Shown: positions 27,428-41,679, numbered from the stretch's first letter. The stretch: DNA of 64,000 bases from Octopus vulgaris (GCA_951406725.2 OX597816.1:102982001-103046000); one strand, 5' to 3'. Numbers and translations: made by a program. Notes: generated by a model not told the origin, from the letters alone.

Positions 27428-28308
27428 TGTATGTATGTATGTATGTATGTATGTTTGATTGCATATATGCGCACGAGTCCGTATATGTAGGTACATATAT
27501 GTTTACAGAGATGCATATATACATACATGTATGCAAGCAATATAAATATATACATACATTCATGCATATATAGTGAGAGATACAGACTTACAAAGACACA
27601 CACATACACTCTTGCACATTCATTCATACATATATGCACGCATGTATGCACCTATGAGTAAATTGAAAAGTAAAAATGGACACATATTGACCCGTTACCG
27701 GAAGTTACGGAGAAAGGAGATTTACCACCGGAAGTATATGGTAGCATTAGCCGTTCCAGTATTTATGGAAGTATATAAAAAGCAGTATTTCGTGTACCCT
27801 GCTACAATGATTATTAGCAATTGATGACAGATAGAACTGCTGGTATAACAAGAATTGAATACACTGACGAGTATTCATAGTACCTAATGAATTATGGGTA
27901 ATGTAAGGACAGTGAAAGTAGGAGTAAGTGTTGTGAGTGAATGTATGAGAGGTTGGTTGAGTGAAATATGTGAAGAAAACGAAGGTTAGCAGATGAATGG
28001 TGGATGAAGAAAAGGAAAAGAGCAGAGGGAGCGACGGGAGATGGTTGAAGGAGTGCAGAAATTTAAAATTTAATGGAAATCAAATAGGGATGAAAAATTC
28101 GTAAAGAGAAAAAAAGAAAGCGAGAGAGAGGGGGCAGAGGGCATCAGAGGGTGACCAAATGACAGGAACTTTGGATGAGAGAAACAGAGAGAGTTTATTA
28201 TGAATATGTAACTGGATTATACATAGTAGAAGGAGAGTGGGTGGGCTGGAAAGCATATGGTAGCAGACTCGAGTACCCAGCTAGTGTATGTATGTGTGTT
28301 TGTGTGTA

Positions 28309-28354
<46 letters not shown>

Positions 28355-28708
28355 TCATTTGGATAGGGAGACACGAGAGAGATAGACAGACAGCTGTAAG
28401 GAGAGAGGACGTGTAGCATGCAGAGATGAAGTCCGTAAAAGAAGGATAACCAGCAAAAGAAAAGAGAAGTTTAAAGAATAAAAATTTAAGAAATACGGGG
28501 AAAAAAAGGTATTAATTAAGAAACTTCGATAACAAAATGCTTTGATATCTAAACGTAATGTTAGCATAAAACAACAGCATTAACTTGTATGTGTGTCTAT
28601 CGGTATATATGTAAATATAACTAGTTGTATAAACATTCAGTAAAAATTTAATGTTATATATGTAAACCTATATGTATACATTTATCTATCTATCTCTCTA
28701 TCTATCTC

Positions 28709-28774
<66 letters not shown>

Positions 28775-28786
28775 GGTATGTGAGTG

Positions 28787-28822
<36 letters not shown>

Positions 28823-29075
28823 TGTATGTATGCACATAGAGAGGGTGTGAGTGAGAGTGAGAGTGAAAGAGAATATTTACATGTTAGCATCCATAGCATT
28901 TATGTGCTTCGTGAACCAATACCGAAAACAGAATTTATTTCACATTCCCTCGAAAGTTTGTAAATTTTTATGTTAGCAAATATACGTGTGCGTGAATGCA
29001 TGCATATACATACTATGTATGTATATATATATTGTGTGTGTGTGTGTGTGTGTGTGTGTACAATATATATATGTA

Positions 29076-29255
<180 letters not shown>

Positions 29256-29270
29256 AGAGAGATAGAGATA

Positions 29271-29353
<83 letters not shown>

Positions 29354-29789
29354 TATAGATACATACATACATACATACATACATACATACATACATACAT
29401 ACATACATACATACATACATACATGCATGCATACATACATACATCGAAATAGAGGGGAGAACAGGGATACAGGTACGGAAACAAGCATATGTATATGAAC
29501 GTTTATGTATGTGAGTGTGTGTGTTTGTGCGCGTGCACATTTCCGTTTAAAATAGTTGGCTCTCTCTTGAAATTGCAGTTTGTATAGGATAAATGAATAA
29601 ACCAACATATTTAACGAATTATTGCTGATATTTCGGCGTTATATGCCCTAAACGTTACACAGTTAAATTACTAGATTTTTAATTTCACACTGACATTTGA
29701 CGTCGTCGCATCGCCGTTGCAACTTTTTTCTCTCGGTGTATTTTTTTTTCAGAATTTATATTTCAGAACAGTTTTTTTAAATACCGTTT

Positions 29790-29950
29790 TATCTTTTTCC
29801 TTCTACTTTTTCAACCACTGGAACCTGCCTATGATGAGGCACCACCTTCAAGGTTTTAGTAGAATAATCGACCCCAATACTTATTATTTTATTAATTCTA
29901 TCGGTCTGTTTTGACAACCCGCTAAGTCACGGACACACAGACACACACAA
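29790..29950 (-). mobile_element. Decayed SINE A-like 3' half
   Basis: GCACCACCTT..AATCGACCCCAATACTTATT..TTCTATCGGTCT..CCGCTAAGT.ACGG. Confidence 0.6.
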
Positions 29951-30737
29951 AGAAGCACACACATCAGTATATGCACATATATATATATACACATTTTTTT
30001 CTATTTGGCTGAACCTGCAAAAATTAGTGAAAATTTAAATATTTGGTATATTGATATAATTTTTCACGCTGAATCTCAAGAGCTAATTAACTGTCACCAG
30101 AAAATTTTTTCAAAAAGTTTTAAACTTTGATAATTTTTACCCAGTCAGAGAACAAGATTTGGAAGTTGTTAGTTTGTCGGCTGAATTGCTTTACGCACAA
30201 CATATATCTTCTTTTAACTTTTTTATTTTTTTGAAATTTTCAAAAATTTTTACAAATTTATATTCTTTATACGGGAGGGAATCCATACAATTATGCAAAA
30301 ACCAAACAATAAAAAATTTTGGTGCGAAATTTAAGGCCTATTTAAGTATTACTTTTAGCACATCTCATGAAATCTTATACCTCATATGCTTTTAACTTTT
30401 AACAAGCGAAAAATTACCACGTGGGTAGCTGATTGGTACCAGCTTGGCTTGTTACTATGGAAACAGGCACATATATATCTGTAGATTTCGATTGGCTAAA
30501 ATTACCCAAAATTTGCAAACTTTAAAAGTTATTAACACTTTATTTATTGATTTATGGCGAAAATAATGAATTTCATGCCAATAATTACCATACAAGACTA
30601 CACCAATACACCAAACATGACAACAATTTGAACAAAAATTGGAGAAACTGAAAAGTGGCAGCCAAACAGAAAAGATATATACATACATACATACATACAT
30701 ATATACACACACACATACAAACATACACACACACACA

Positions 30738-30794
<57 letters not shown>

Positions 30795-30796
30795 GA

Positions 30797-31267
30797 GTGG
30801 CCATGACCATTCGTAATGAAAAGGAGTACTGGTGGAATGTTCCCGTGAAAGCCTCAATAAAATGTAAACAAAATAGACCTGATATAATGATTTGGGATAG
30901 AGTAGAAAAACTGCGTACAGTTCTGGAAATCAGCTGCGCAGCGGATGTTCACATAAAGCTAAAGATCAGCGAAAAATAGAATAACCATTCTACCCAGATT
31001 ACAAGTTCAGGTTTATACATGTAATTATTGCGATACTGGGATATGTTGCATTCTGCCTAAATACCAATCTTGAGAAATTAGGCTTCTCAAAACCAGAAAG
31101 GAGAAAGCTAATTCGAAGACTACAGATCCAAGCCATCACTTGGACTGTAAAAATCCGTAAAACTTTCCAGAAGTTTATCATTTAAGTATATATGAGCATG
31201 TCTAGATATGTAGTTATATGCATGAGAAAACATACATAAAACAAAGCATACAAATCTGTACGCATGC

Positions 31268-31298
<31 letters not shown>

Positions 31299-31320
31299 CA
31301 TACATACATACATACATACA
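30797..31320 (+). mobile_element. RLE retrotransposon family R-A: endonuclease C-terminus, proximal 3' UTR and internal (CATA)n
   Basis: EYWWNVPVKASIKCKQNRPDIMIWDRVEKLRTVLEISCAADV..YPDYKFRFIHVIIAILGYV..LEKLGFSKPERRKLIRRLQIQAIT, with stop and frameshift. 3' UTR matches 34430-34690 (-). Confidence 0.85.
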
Positions 31321-33040
31321 TAAAATCTTTATTCCACACAAAGAATGTTACAAGTACCCAGGTATAGACAAAAACGTATCATATGAAGGTACTGTGAATA
31401 AAGAGTGACCCGAGAATATTACAAATATTACACCAGACTTAGGAAAATGTGGTAGTCGGAATTCTCCTCTTACAACAAAACAATATCCTACAATGTATTT
31501 GTAGTACCAGTGCTGATCCCAACATTTGGGATACTTGATTGGTCTGTAGAGGAAATCCACTCCATAGATATCAAAACCCGCAAAATCCTGACAACTGGGA
31601 ACTTCCACAGAAGCAGTAATGTCGACAGGCTCTACCTAAGAAGAAATGAAGGTGGTAGAGGTCTGAGATCAGTGCAGATAGCCTTCGAATGTCATATGGT
31701 ATCACTCAGACAGCAGCAAAAATAAATATAAAATTGCAGTGCTGAAAAGTGAAGTGAGCAACATTGTACGAGTTGGCAGCGAGCTCCTCCAGCTGGACTC
31801 GCTTATCTCAGAGAAGACCTGAATGGAAAGCACTCAGCATGCAAAAAAAAAAGAAAAGAAAAAAGATTATGCATGGGTATGATGCCCAGAAGCTTGAAGA
31901 AGACAGTAGAATTGACACGAAGTGCAGCCTCTCTTGGACACAAGACCATTGCATCACATCACACTTTGAGGGCTATGTGTTTGCAATCCAGGATCAGGTG
32001 ATTGCCACAAAGTACTTTGTACAAAGATAGTGACACTCTTGTAATGTTAAGGTGCAACCGAATGCCATGTTTCTGTGGAAGACATAACGCATGTGAACAT
32101 TATTTACATTATTTACATTATTTATGTTTGACGGATAGTTGTCCTCATCTTGTTTGTTGTTAACACAACGTTTCGGCTGATATACTCTCCAGCCTTCATC
32201 AGGTGTCTTGGGAAAAGACACCTGATGAAATTACCCCAAGGCACCTGTTGAAGACTGGAGGATATATCAGCCGAAATGTTGTGTTAACAACAAACAAGAT
32301 GAGGACAAATATCCGTCAAATGTAAATAATGTACATAATCCCTCATCTCTTAAATATAGAACTGTTATTATCACGCATGTGATTAGCAGCTGTCCTGAAT
32401 TGTTGTCACGGTACTGCCTACATGTGCGGTATGATGTTGCTAAAACAATTTAGAATGCCATACGCAAAATAAAAAAGAAAACTGTCCTGAAATAAACTTG
32501 GAAAATTCCTCTGTTATGGAATACATTCCTAAACACCAACTCAAAGAATACTAGTGCAATATTCCCATCAGAACTTCTGTCAAATGTAAACATAACGGGC
32601 CGGATATTGTTGCTTGCGATAGAGGGGCAAAGGTATGTGCCGTCATAGAGGTCAGCTGCCCTGCAGATATAAATATCTCTTTGAAAATCAAAGGAAAAGA
32701 GGATATCTGTGGACAACTGTTTCGAAACCTCCAGCTTCTATACCCAGACTATGAGTTCATATTCATACCGATAATAATTGGAGCACTAGGTTTTGTTAGT
32801 AAATGCTTAAAGGAGAATCTGGATAAACTGGGATTTTCAGAAAGAGAAATCGACCGGCTAATTCATACATTGTAAGTGCTATCTGTGAGTGGAACAGTAA
32901 AAATATGCAAGAATTTTCTCAAGTACCAAATGCGAATTTGTCTGTGTTAACTACATCCCAAAGATGGAGCCTTGTATCTTTGTTGGAAACTGGCTCCCCA
33001 CTCAGTTGAAGATTCATGATAATTAAAAAAATAGAAGAGC
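31321..33040 (+). mobile_element. RLE retrotransposon family R-B (5'-truncated pseudo-ORF: RT end, CCHC knuckle, RLE, 3' UTR), nested in R-A
   Basis: YKYPG; VDRLYLRRNEGGRGL; SHFEGYVFAIQDQVIATK; C..SVEDITHVISSCP; PDI..VIEVSCPAD; FIPIIIGALG. Own tail GGAGCC..GGCTCC at ~32965-32997. Bounded by (CATA)n on both sides. Confidence 0.88.
32097..32372. mobile_element. Head-to-head inverted pair of hammerhead modules inserted in R-B with TSD
   Basis: 10-bp TSD ACGCATGTGA at 32087-32096 and 32373-32382. The minus arm has GACAC-CTGATGA-A-GGCTG..CAGCC-GAAACGTT-GTGTT (32207-32162); the plus arm is a mutated copy. Confidence 0.85.
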
Positions 33041-33050
33041 CATACATACA

Positions 33051-33159
33051 AAAATACCCTATTGCCTGTGTTGAAATTCCAATGAAGGAGTCTTGGATTT
33101 AGGCTAGAAACCAACTATTTCTCTATTGGAAAGAACTCTTGAAATAAAACTGAATAATG
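33051..33159 (+). mobile_element. Distal 3' terminus of R-A, followed by (CATA)n
   Basis: Matches the units at 18537-19146 and 34312-34410 (-). Confidence 0.85.
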
Positions 33160-33250
33160 ATATACATACATACATACATACATACATACATACATACATA
33201 CATACATACATACATACATACATACATACATACATACATACATACATACA

Positions 33251-33622
33251 CAGAAAGTTACCATCCACTGCATCTAAATTCAGGATCAGGCACTGCAATA
33301 GCCCAGGGTTCAAAGGCACACATCTTTTCAATGGCCTGCCACAAAAATTAAGAAATCTGCATAAGGTGGAAGTAGATGTCTTCAAAAAGGAACTAGACAG
33401 CCTCCTCTCCACAATACCGGATACACCAACAGCCCAACATGAGGTACAGACAAGGGCAGCGGAATCCAACTGCATTATACACCACATGGGCCAACTGCTG
33501 GTACAAAGGCACATACAGTAGTGGTGATGTGAAACACCCCAGACTGAGGAAATCAGCAAGATCACGGTGGTACTCCAGCATGACCGTTGCCACATGGCTG
33601 AAACAAGTAAAAAAGTAATAGA
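33251..33622 (+). mobile_element. CR1-group LINE 3' end whose tail matches the SINE A tail
   Basis: NSPGFKGTHLFNGLPQKLRNLHKVEVDVFKKELDSLLSTIPD..RAAESN, then GGTGGTACTCCAGCATGACC..GGCTGAAACAAGTAAAA. Confidence 0.8.
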
Positions 33623-33643
33623 GTATATTTATAAATATCTCTG

Positions 33644-33701
<58 letters not shown>

Positions 33702-33734
33702 CATCCATCCATCCATCCATCCATCCATCCATCC

Positions 33735-33773
<39 letters not shown>

Positions 33774-33814
33774 CATCCATCCATCCATCCATCCATCCAT
33801 CCATCCATCCACCC

Positions 33815-33893
<79 letters not shown>

Positions 33894-33930
33894 CATCCAT
33901 CCATCCATCCATCCATCCATCCATCCATCC

Positions 33931-33989
<59 letters not shown>

Positions 33990-34027
33990 AGCTCTGTGTG
34001 GCTAATAAAGAAACATATCTATCTATT

Positions 34028-34101
<74 letters not shown>

Positions 34102-34144
34102 TGTGTGTGTATGTATGTATGTGTGTATGTGTTTATATATATAT

Positions 34145-34250
34145 GGGGCTAGGCATCTTGATCAAGTATTCTGCTACAGCACAGGGCCAACCAAGGCCTT
34201 GTGAGTATATTTGGTTGACGGAAACTGAAAGAAGCGCATCATGTATATCG
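34145..34250 (+). mobile_element. Partial SINE A 5' part
   Basis: GGCATCTTGATCAAGT..GCCTTGTGAGT..TTGG..GACGGAAACTGAAAGAAGC. Confidence 0.7.
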
Positions 34251-34311
34251 TGTATGTATGTATGTATGTATGTATGTATGTATGTATGTATGCATGCATG
34301 TATGTATCTTT

Positions 34312-34690
34312 GCCATTAGTGTTTTATTTTAAGTTTTTTTTTTCAATAGAGAAAGAGCCGATTTTTAACCTACATCCAAGGCTCATTCATTAGAATTTCA
34401 ACATCAAGAATATATTACTGCAAGTAAGTGTGTATATGTACATGCGTAGATTTGTATATTTTGTTTTATGTATATATTCTCATGCATATATTTCTACTTC
34501 TGGAAAGTTTTACAAATTTATTACAGTTCCAGTGATGGCTTGGATCTATAGTTTTCGAATCAGCGATCTCCTTTCTGAATTTAAGAAGCCTAGTTTCTCA
34601 AAATTGGTTCTTCGATAGCGTGTTACATATCCCAGTACTCCAAATAATTACAGGTATAAATCTGGACGTGTAATACGGGCAGAATAACTA
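34312..34690 (-). mobile_element. R-A 3' end, uninterrupted (ORF end, UTR and terminus), tail in (CATA)n
   Basis: Reverse complement joins sequence homologous to 30990-31270 directly to sequence homologous to 33060-33159, then (CATA)n. Confidence 0.85.
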
Positions 34691-34917
34691 GATATATACA
34701 TAAGAAGTCTTAGGGTCTGACAGTACGCCATAAATGTACTCTTTATGGCGAGAAACCCAGGGTAACCTTATAAAAAGGCCTTCCCCAGTAATATATATAT
34801 ATATTGTATGTATGTATATATACACGCATATATATACATACATACATACACACACTCATATATATATATATGTATATATGTATATATATATGTGCATATA
34901 TATATATATATATATGC

Positions 34918-35002
<85 letters not shown>

Positions 35003-35222
35003 GTATGTGTGTGTTTATGTTACTGCCACTTTGCCTTGATATCATAAAGCAGTTGTAAAATTGTATCACTGTCATACAATCGGTTCTTTGTTTCTAATCT
35101 TCCGTGCAAACATATCTGGGAATATGTTGGCTACAGGCAGGGCATCCTAGCCGTACAATATTTCTGATCCATGTGAATGTGCAAAACTGAATGTTTCACA
35201 CACACACACGTACACACACACA

Positions 35223-35271
<49 letters not shown>

Positions 35272-35365
35272 CGCGCAATCACGGTAACATTTTTAACAGA
35301 AACGTTGCAACAGTATCTAAATGGTTTGAGTGCTTCACTTCTGAGTATGTATGTATGTATGTATG

Positions 35366-35399
<34 letters not shown>

Positions 35400-35433
35400 T
35401 GTATGTATGTATGTACGTATGTATGTGTATACA

Positions 35434-35480
<47 letters not shown>

Positions 35481-35501
35481 GTATATATATGTATATATGT
35501 A

Positions 35502-35542
<41 letters not shown>

Positions 35543-35952
35543 GTATGAATGTATATATGTATATGAATACATTTATATATATTTATATATATATATATAT
35601 AAATATAAATAAATATATGTATATACATATTTACATACATATATATATATATATAGGTATATATATATATACATACATGCATACATGCATGCATACATAC
35701 ATACATACACAGAAGTGAAGCACTCATATATATGTATATACATACATATATATATATATTAAACACCCGAATTTGCTAAGATGATCCGGTTCCGACTGAA
35801 GATTAGAGGCTTCGAGTGATCCGTCTGTTTTTTTGTGTCGTCTCTTTGTGTGTTTTTGCGTTCTTGTCGCACTTTGTAATTTATATTTTATATTTTATAT
35901 TTGATTTCTATATATATATTAAGGCGGCGTAACGTACCCCTATCTCCTATGT

Positions 35953-36018
<66 letters not shown>

Positions 36019-36571
36019 TTGATTATTTACACTTACTAATGCGTTATCACATTGCTTTGGTACGCCATTTTTTCGACGCGAATAAGCAAGTAAAGTAATA
36101 AAGGCATACACCAACTGTTTTCTAACAATCGGTTATCTTCACTCATTTTTATTCAGACAAAATTTCAGCGGAAAGTAAGTTTAATTGGCGAATTAACAAT
36201 CTTGAAAACCGTAACAAAGTCCAGTGGATACCTAAACTCTAGTAATTTATTGTCGCCGAGATATCAGATAGATGGCGGATATTCACTAGATTATCGAATT
36301 AAAGAACCATGCAGACTGGTTCTTTAAGTCAATTTTGTGTGGAACAGTTATTACTGAAAATGTTGCAACTGATTTCAGATATCTGTGTAGCTTGGCGAGG
36401 ATTTACTAAGAAAAAAGATTTAAATGAAACGGAAGAAAAAGCGAGGTAATAGTGCCACTTATCATCCAAGTATTTAGAAGGATACAGGATACTCTCTCTC
36501 TCTCTCTCTCTCTCTTCCCCATTCTCTCTCTCTCTTCCCCATTCTCTCTCTCTCTCTTCCTCATTCTCTCT

Positions 36572-36630
<59 letters not shown>

Positions 36631-36904
36631 ACCACATTTGAAAGTCGCAGGATACTAACACCATAGTTCCATTGAAAAACTAAAGTTTGTGCAAAGTAAA
36701 AATTAAGAAGGAACTGTAATGAACTTAAACTACAGAGGGAAGACCTAAGAATATCTAATGTTCAGAGATTTCGCGATATACATCATATATAGACAAAAAG
36801 ATTACATGTAGATGTTATTGAAGTTATTTTGATTAAACAAAATCCTCTGTATAAGGAGACAAGTATCACGAAGAGACAGACAAGTATATACATTCACAAA
36901 CACT

Positions 36905-36936
<32 letters not shown>

Positions 36937-36993
36937 CAAGCACACATACACACATGTATTATCATACATACATATAAAGACACAAGCGTATAC

Positions 36994-37033
<40 letters not shown>

Positions 37034-37152
37034 TATATACGCTTGTATATATATATATATATATACGTGTGTATATATGTGTGTGTATGAGTATATATAT
37101 ATAAAGAGGGAGATAGGTAGATAGATATACATATCTATATCCATTTATCTAT

Positions 37153-37190
<38 letters not shown>

Positions 37191-37200
37191 ATTTATCTAT

Positions 37201-37249
<49 letters not shown>

Positions 37250-37252
<3 letters not shown>

Positions 37253-37410
37253 GGAGTACCACCTTTAGTCGAGCAAATCGAACACAGGACTTATTCTTTG
37301 TAAGCCTAGTACTTATTCTATCGATATCTTTTGCCGAACCGCCGCTATGTTCTGGGGACGTAAACACACCAGCATCGGTTGTCAAGCGAAGTTGGGGGGA
37401 CAAACATATA
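37250..37410 (-). mobile_element. SINE A 3' half
   Basis: Aligns to 868-1020. Confidence 0.85.
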
Positions 37411-37414
37411 CACA

Positions 37415-37469
<55 letters not shown>

Positions 37470-37899
37470 AGGTTTATATATATATGTATATGCATACACA
37501 CACACACACATCATACATAAAATAGATGGAATTCAGACGGTTCGACGATATGCACTCCGTTCATTGATCAACGAAAGAATTCGCCAATTTGAATTAGCGT
37601 ATAAACAGATGAGCAGTTCAGAGACGTGGGTTCACAGAGATTACTCCTAAAGCATCATCAGTGTAAAACAGTGTATGGCAAAGATGTATCATCAACATAC
37701 ACCTACAAAGTACTCCAAACAATTTAGGCCCATATATACTCTCTCAAAAGACCTGTGACTGTGTAAAGTTATGGCAAAAAATATTTGCAAAAGAGAAAGT
37801 GGAACCTCGAGATTGTTCAAAAATTGACGAATATCCATTCCTTGTGTGTTCATATGTAGATTCTTTTCAGCTGTTTAATTCAATGTTAATTTGACTGGC

Positions 37900-38260
37900 C
37901 ACCAGCTCGGTAGCAAGGTTGTGAAGGAACAGCATTAAGAATGACCTGCAGATTTTTGAAGTCCAAGTGCTTGAATCAATGAGTTGCGTTCTCGTCCCAA
38001 GGACCCAAGTTCAACGACACTTTGCTCCAGACGGATTGGCACGTATCCTGTTGCTCCAATAATAATAGTTATGAAACTGAAAATGTATCTTGGGTACCGG
38101 ATTTGCAAATTCCTTATCAGTGGCTCATTGCTGTCCTCTTTCTCCTGAATTTTTCTAATCTCTCCGGTTTCCAGAGGGCAACTAACTTCCACAATAGAAC
38201 ATATTTTTCCTTATGGTCCAACACTGGTTGTGTTTTCACTTGGAAACCGTTTTAATTACG
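37900..38260 (-). mobile_element. RLE retrotransposon family R-C, endonuclease fragment
   Basis: VEVSCPLE..KEDSNEPLIRNLQIRYPRYIFSFITIIIGATGYVP, homologous to R-A and R-B. Upstream on its own strand is (CATA)n (38272 onward). Confidence 0.8.
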
Positions 38261-38498
38261 TATACATTTTTGTATGTATGTATGTATGTATGCATGTATG
38301 TATGTATGTATGTATGTATGTATGTATGTATGTATGTATGTATGTATGTATGTATGTATGTATGCATGTATGTATGTTTGTATGTTTATATGTATGTATG
38401 CCTGTCTGTCTGTATGTATGATATATGTATATATATATATATATATAAGCACACATACTTGTATGTATACGTTATATATATTTGGATATATGTATGTA

Positions 38499-38554
<56 letters not shown>

Positions 38555-39365
38555 CATGTTTATACTTACATACATACATACATACATATATATATATATA
38601 TACACACACACATATATATATATTATATATATATACATACCTACATATATGTATGTGTATGTATGTATATATATATATGAGTATATGAATATATATATAT
38701 TTCTATACATTTATACATATATATACATACATGCAGAAAGCACACATAAACACACAAACACACGAATATGTGTGTGTGTGTGTGATTGTGCGTGTGCGTG
38801 CAAAAGTGAATGTATATTATTGTATAATTTTCATAGCACAAATACAATTTGATTTCAAATGAGTCGATGGATATGGCTAATATTTCAACACGTGATAACC
38901 TGTTCGAATTTTCAAGTTAAGTAGGGTTGTTCATGACAGCTATTACCAGTGAAACTTACGGAAAATGCAGGGTGAAAAAAGCGTACACACTCTCATACAC
39001 GCATACATATACATACACGCACATATTTTCACATTTTTACACACATTTATCAGTATGCTGAACTGTGGTCAAGCTGTGTGACGGGAGGTCGGTTTACCTT
39101 CAAAGTTTAGTCCAAAGAAATCGACTACAGTAGTTATCCTTTAAGCTTGATATGTATTATGTCGGTCTTTGTTGCCGAATCGCTACGGCGTCGTAATCAA
39201 ACTGACACTGATTGCCAAACAGTAGTGAAGCACAATATACATATAGTTATGTAGATACATACGTACACACACACACACATGCACACACACACACACACAC
39301 ACATACACACACACAAACACACACACAAACACGCACACACAAACACACACACACACAGACACACA

Positions 39366-39419
<54 letters not shown>

Positions 39420-39477
39420 CATATACACACACATATATATATACATATATATATAGGTATATACACGCACACACGCA

Positions 39478-39516
<39 letters not shown>

Positions 39517-39518
<2 letters not shown>

Positions 39519-39592
39519 AATAATCCTATCAGGTGGTGCTATTAAGTTAGACATGGCCTGGACCAATCATTGGTCGAAACATATCTAAGTTT
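39517..39592 (+). mobile_element. Extreme 3' fragment of the CR1-like LINE seen at 54018-54762
   Basis: TAATCCTAT.AGGTGGTG.TATTAAGTTAGACATGGCCTGGA.CAATC.TTGGTCGAAACATATCTAAGTT, within (TA)n. Confidence 0.85.
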
Positions 39593-39594
39593 AT

Positions 39595-39671
<77 letters not shown>

Positions 39672-39675
<4 letters not shown>

Positions 39676-39772
39676 TACTGGGGTTGATTCGTTCGGCTAA
39701 AACGCTCCAAGGCGGTTCTTCAGCATGGCTACTGTCCAGTGAGTGAAATACAGAAAAGATGAAAGATAAAAG
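39672..39772 (+). mobile_element. SINE-type 3' tail related to family A
   Basis: TAAGTACTGGGGTTGATT..GGCGGTTCTTCAGCATGGC..GAAA. Confidence 0.6.
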
Positions 39773-40224
39773 ATATATACAAGTATGCAAAAATGCATAA
39801 ACAATATATATATTCGATTGTATCCCATAGGCTGAGTAGTAAGAGCAAAAAAATTCAGTAACTCAACACGTTCTTAATAAAACAGAAATGATTAATGGCA
39901 TAAGATACATGGTTTGGGAAGAATGGAAATATGTGTGCCTATATATGAATTCATATATTCATGTGAGTGTGTGTATGTGAGTGTATAGAGACATACGTAT
40001 AAAAGTATATATACACCAAAAATAGATATTATGAAACACTTCGTCAAAATAGGAAAAAATATACATAGATACCTGAAGACAAGTACTCGAAATTGCACAC
40101 ACGCAAAGCACACAGGTATTATATATATGTATCTATAGCTATATATATATATATATATATATATAGCTATAGATACATATATATAATACCTACATACATA
40201 AATACATATATAATACATACATAA

Positions 40225-40275
<51 letters not shown>

Positions 40276-40304
40276 AATATATACATATATACATATATAT
40301 ATGT

Positions 40305-40346
<42 letters not shown>

Positions 40347-41035
40347 TCATATCTCTATATGTCTATATTTATTTAATTAATGATATTTTGCATTTCAGCC
40401 CAACGGCAATACCCATACTAGGGCAGTGTTATCACATTTTATATTGCCATTCTTTGTGATAGAGGTAGTTTGGTGAAATGGGTAGTTTGATATTGCAACA
40501 CTTTTTTGAAATTCTTGAAAACATGTATCCTTATATATATTTGTAGATATGAATATATATATATATGTGTGTATGTATGTATGTATGTATGTATGTATGT
40601 ATGTATGTATGTATGTATGTATGTGTATGAATATATATACATATACACACATACATATATATATTACATATACTCATATATACATACATGTATGTACGTA
40701 CACACACACATACAAACTCATATATGTGTGTGTGTATCTATGTATACTGTTCTCTTCGTAACAATTGTTGGTGTGATTACGTCCCCATAACTAAGTGGTT
40801 CGACAAAATAAGAAACTATTCGTTCAATTAAAATTCTTTGTGGGTATGCACGTGGATGGTCGCAATCCAATGACTAAAACAAGTAATATCTGTATATATA
40901 TATATGTGTGTGTATGTATATATACATATATAAATATATATACATATATAGACATTCATATATATATATATATATTCATATATAGTATGTGTGTGTGTAT
41001 GTATATATACATATATTAATATATATACATATAGA

Positions 41036-41085
<50 letters not shown>

Positions 41086-41091
41086 AGTGCT

Positions 41092-41156
<65 letters not shown>

Positions 41157-41306
41157 TGTAACAAGAATACCATTAACAGTTTCAGCTAACCACGCAAGAA
41201 GCATATGAGTGTCCGATGATGGCTTAGTTGACCGAAATTGCTAAGTCACTGCATATACTATTCATGTTAACGAATAATATATATGCACACTAAAATAATA
41301 TGGATT

Positions 41307-41354
<48 letters not shown>

Positions 41355-41386
41355 TTATATGTATGTATATATATGCATAGATATAT

Positions 41387-41437
<51 letters not shown>

Positions 41438-41624
41438 ATTATCTCTCTATACATGCATATATACATATACATATGAACTTAAGGCTTGCACATACACACA
41501 ACCACCCCTACACACTCACACACACACACACACACACACACACGCAAACACAATAGTTATGTATGTTAGTGCACATAAAAATGTACATACATAAATATAG
41601 GATTAGGCACATATATATACATAC

Positions 41625-41679
<55 letters not shown>

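Noticed and set aside
41185-41250. CCGATGA..CCGAAAT hammerhead-like motif
   Set aside because: Stems I and III are absent and the second core is imperfect.
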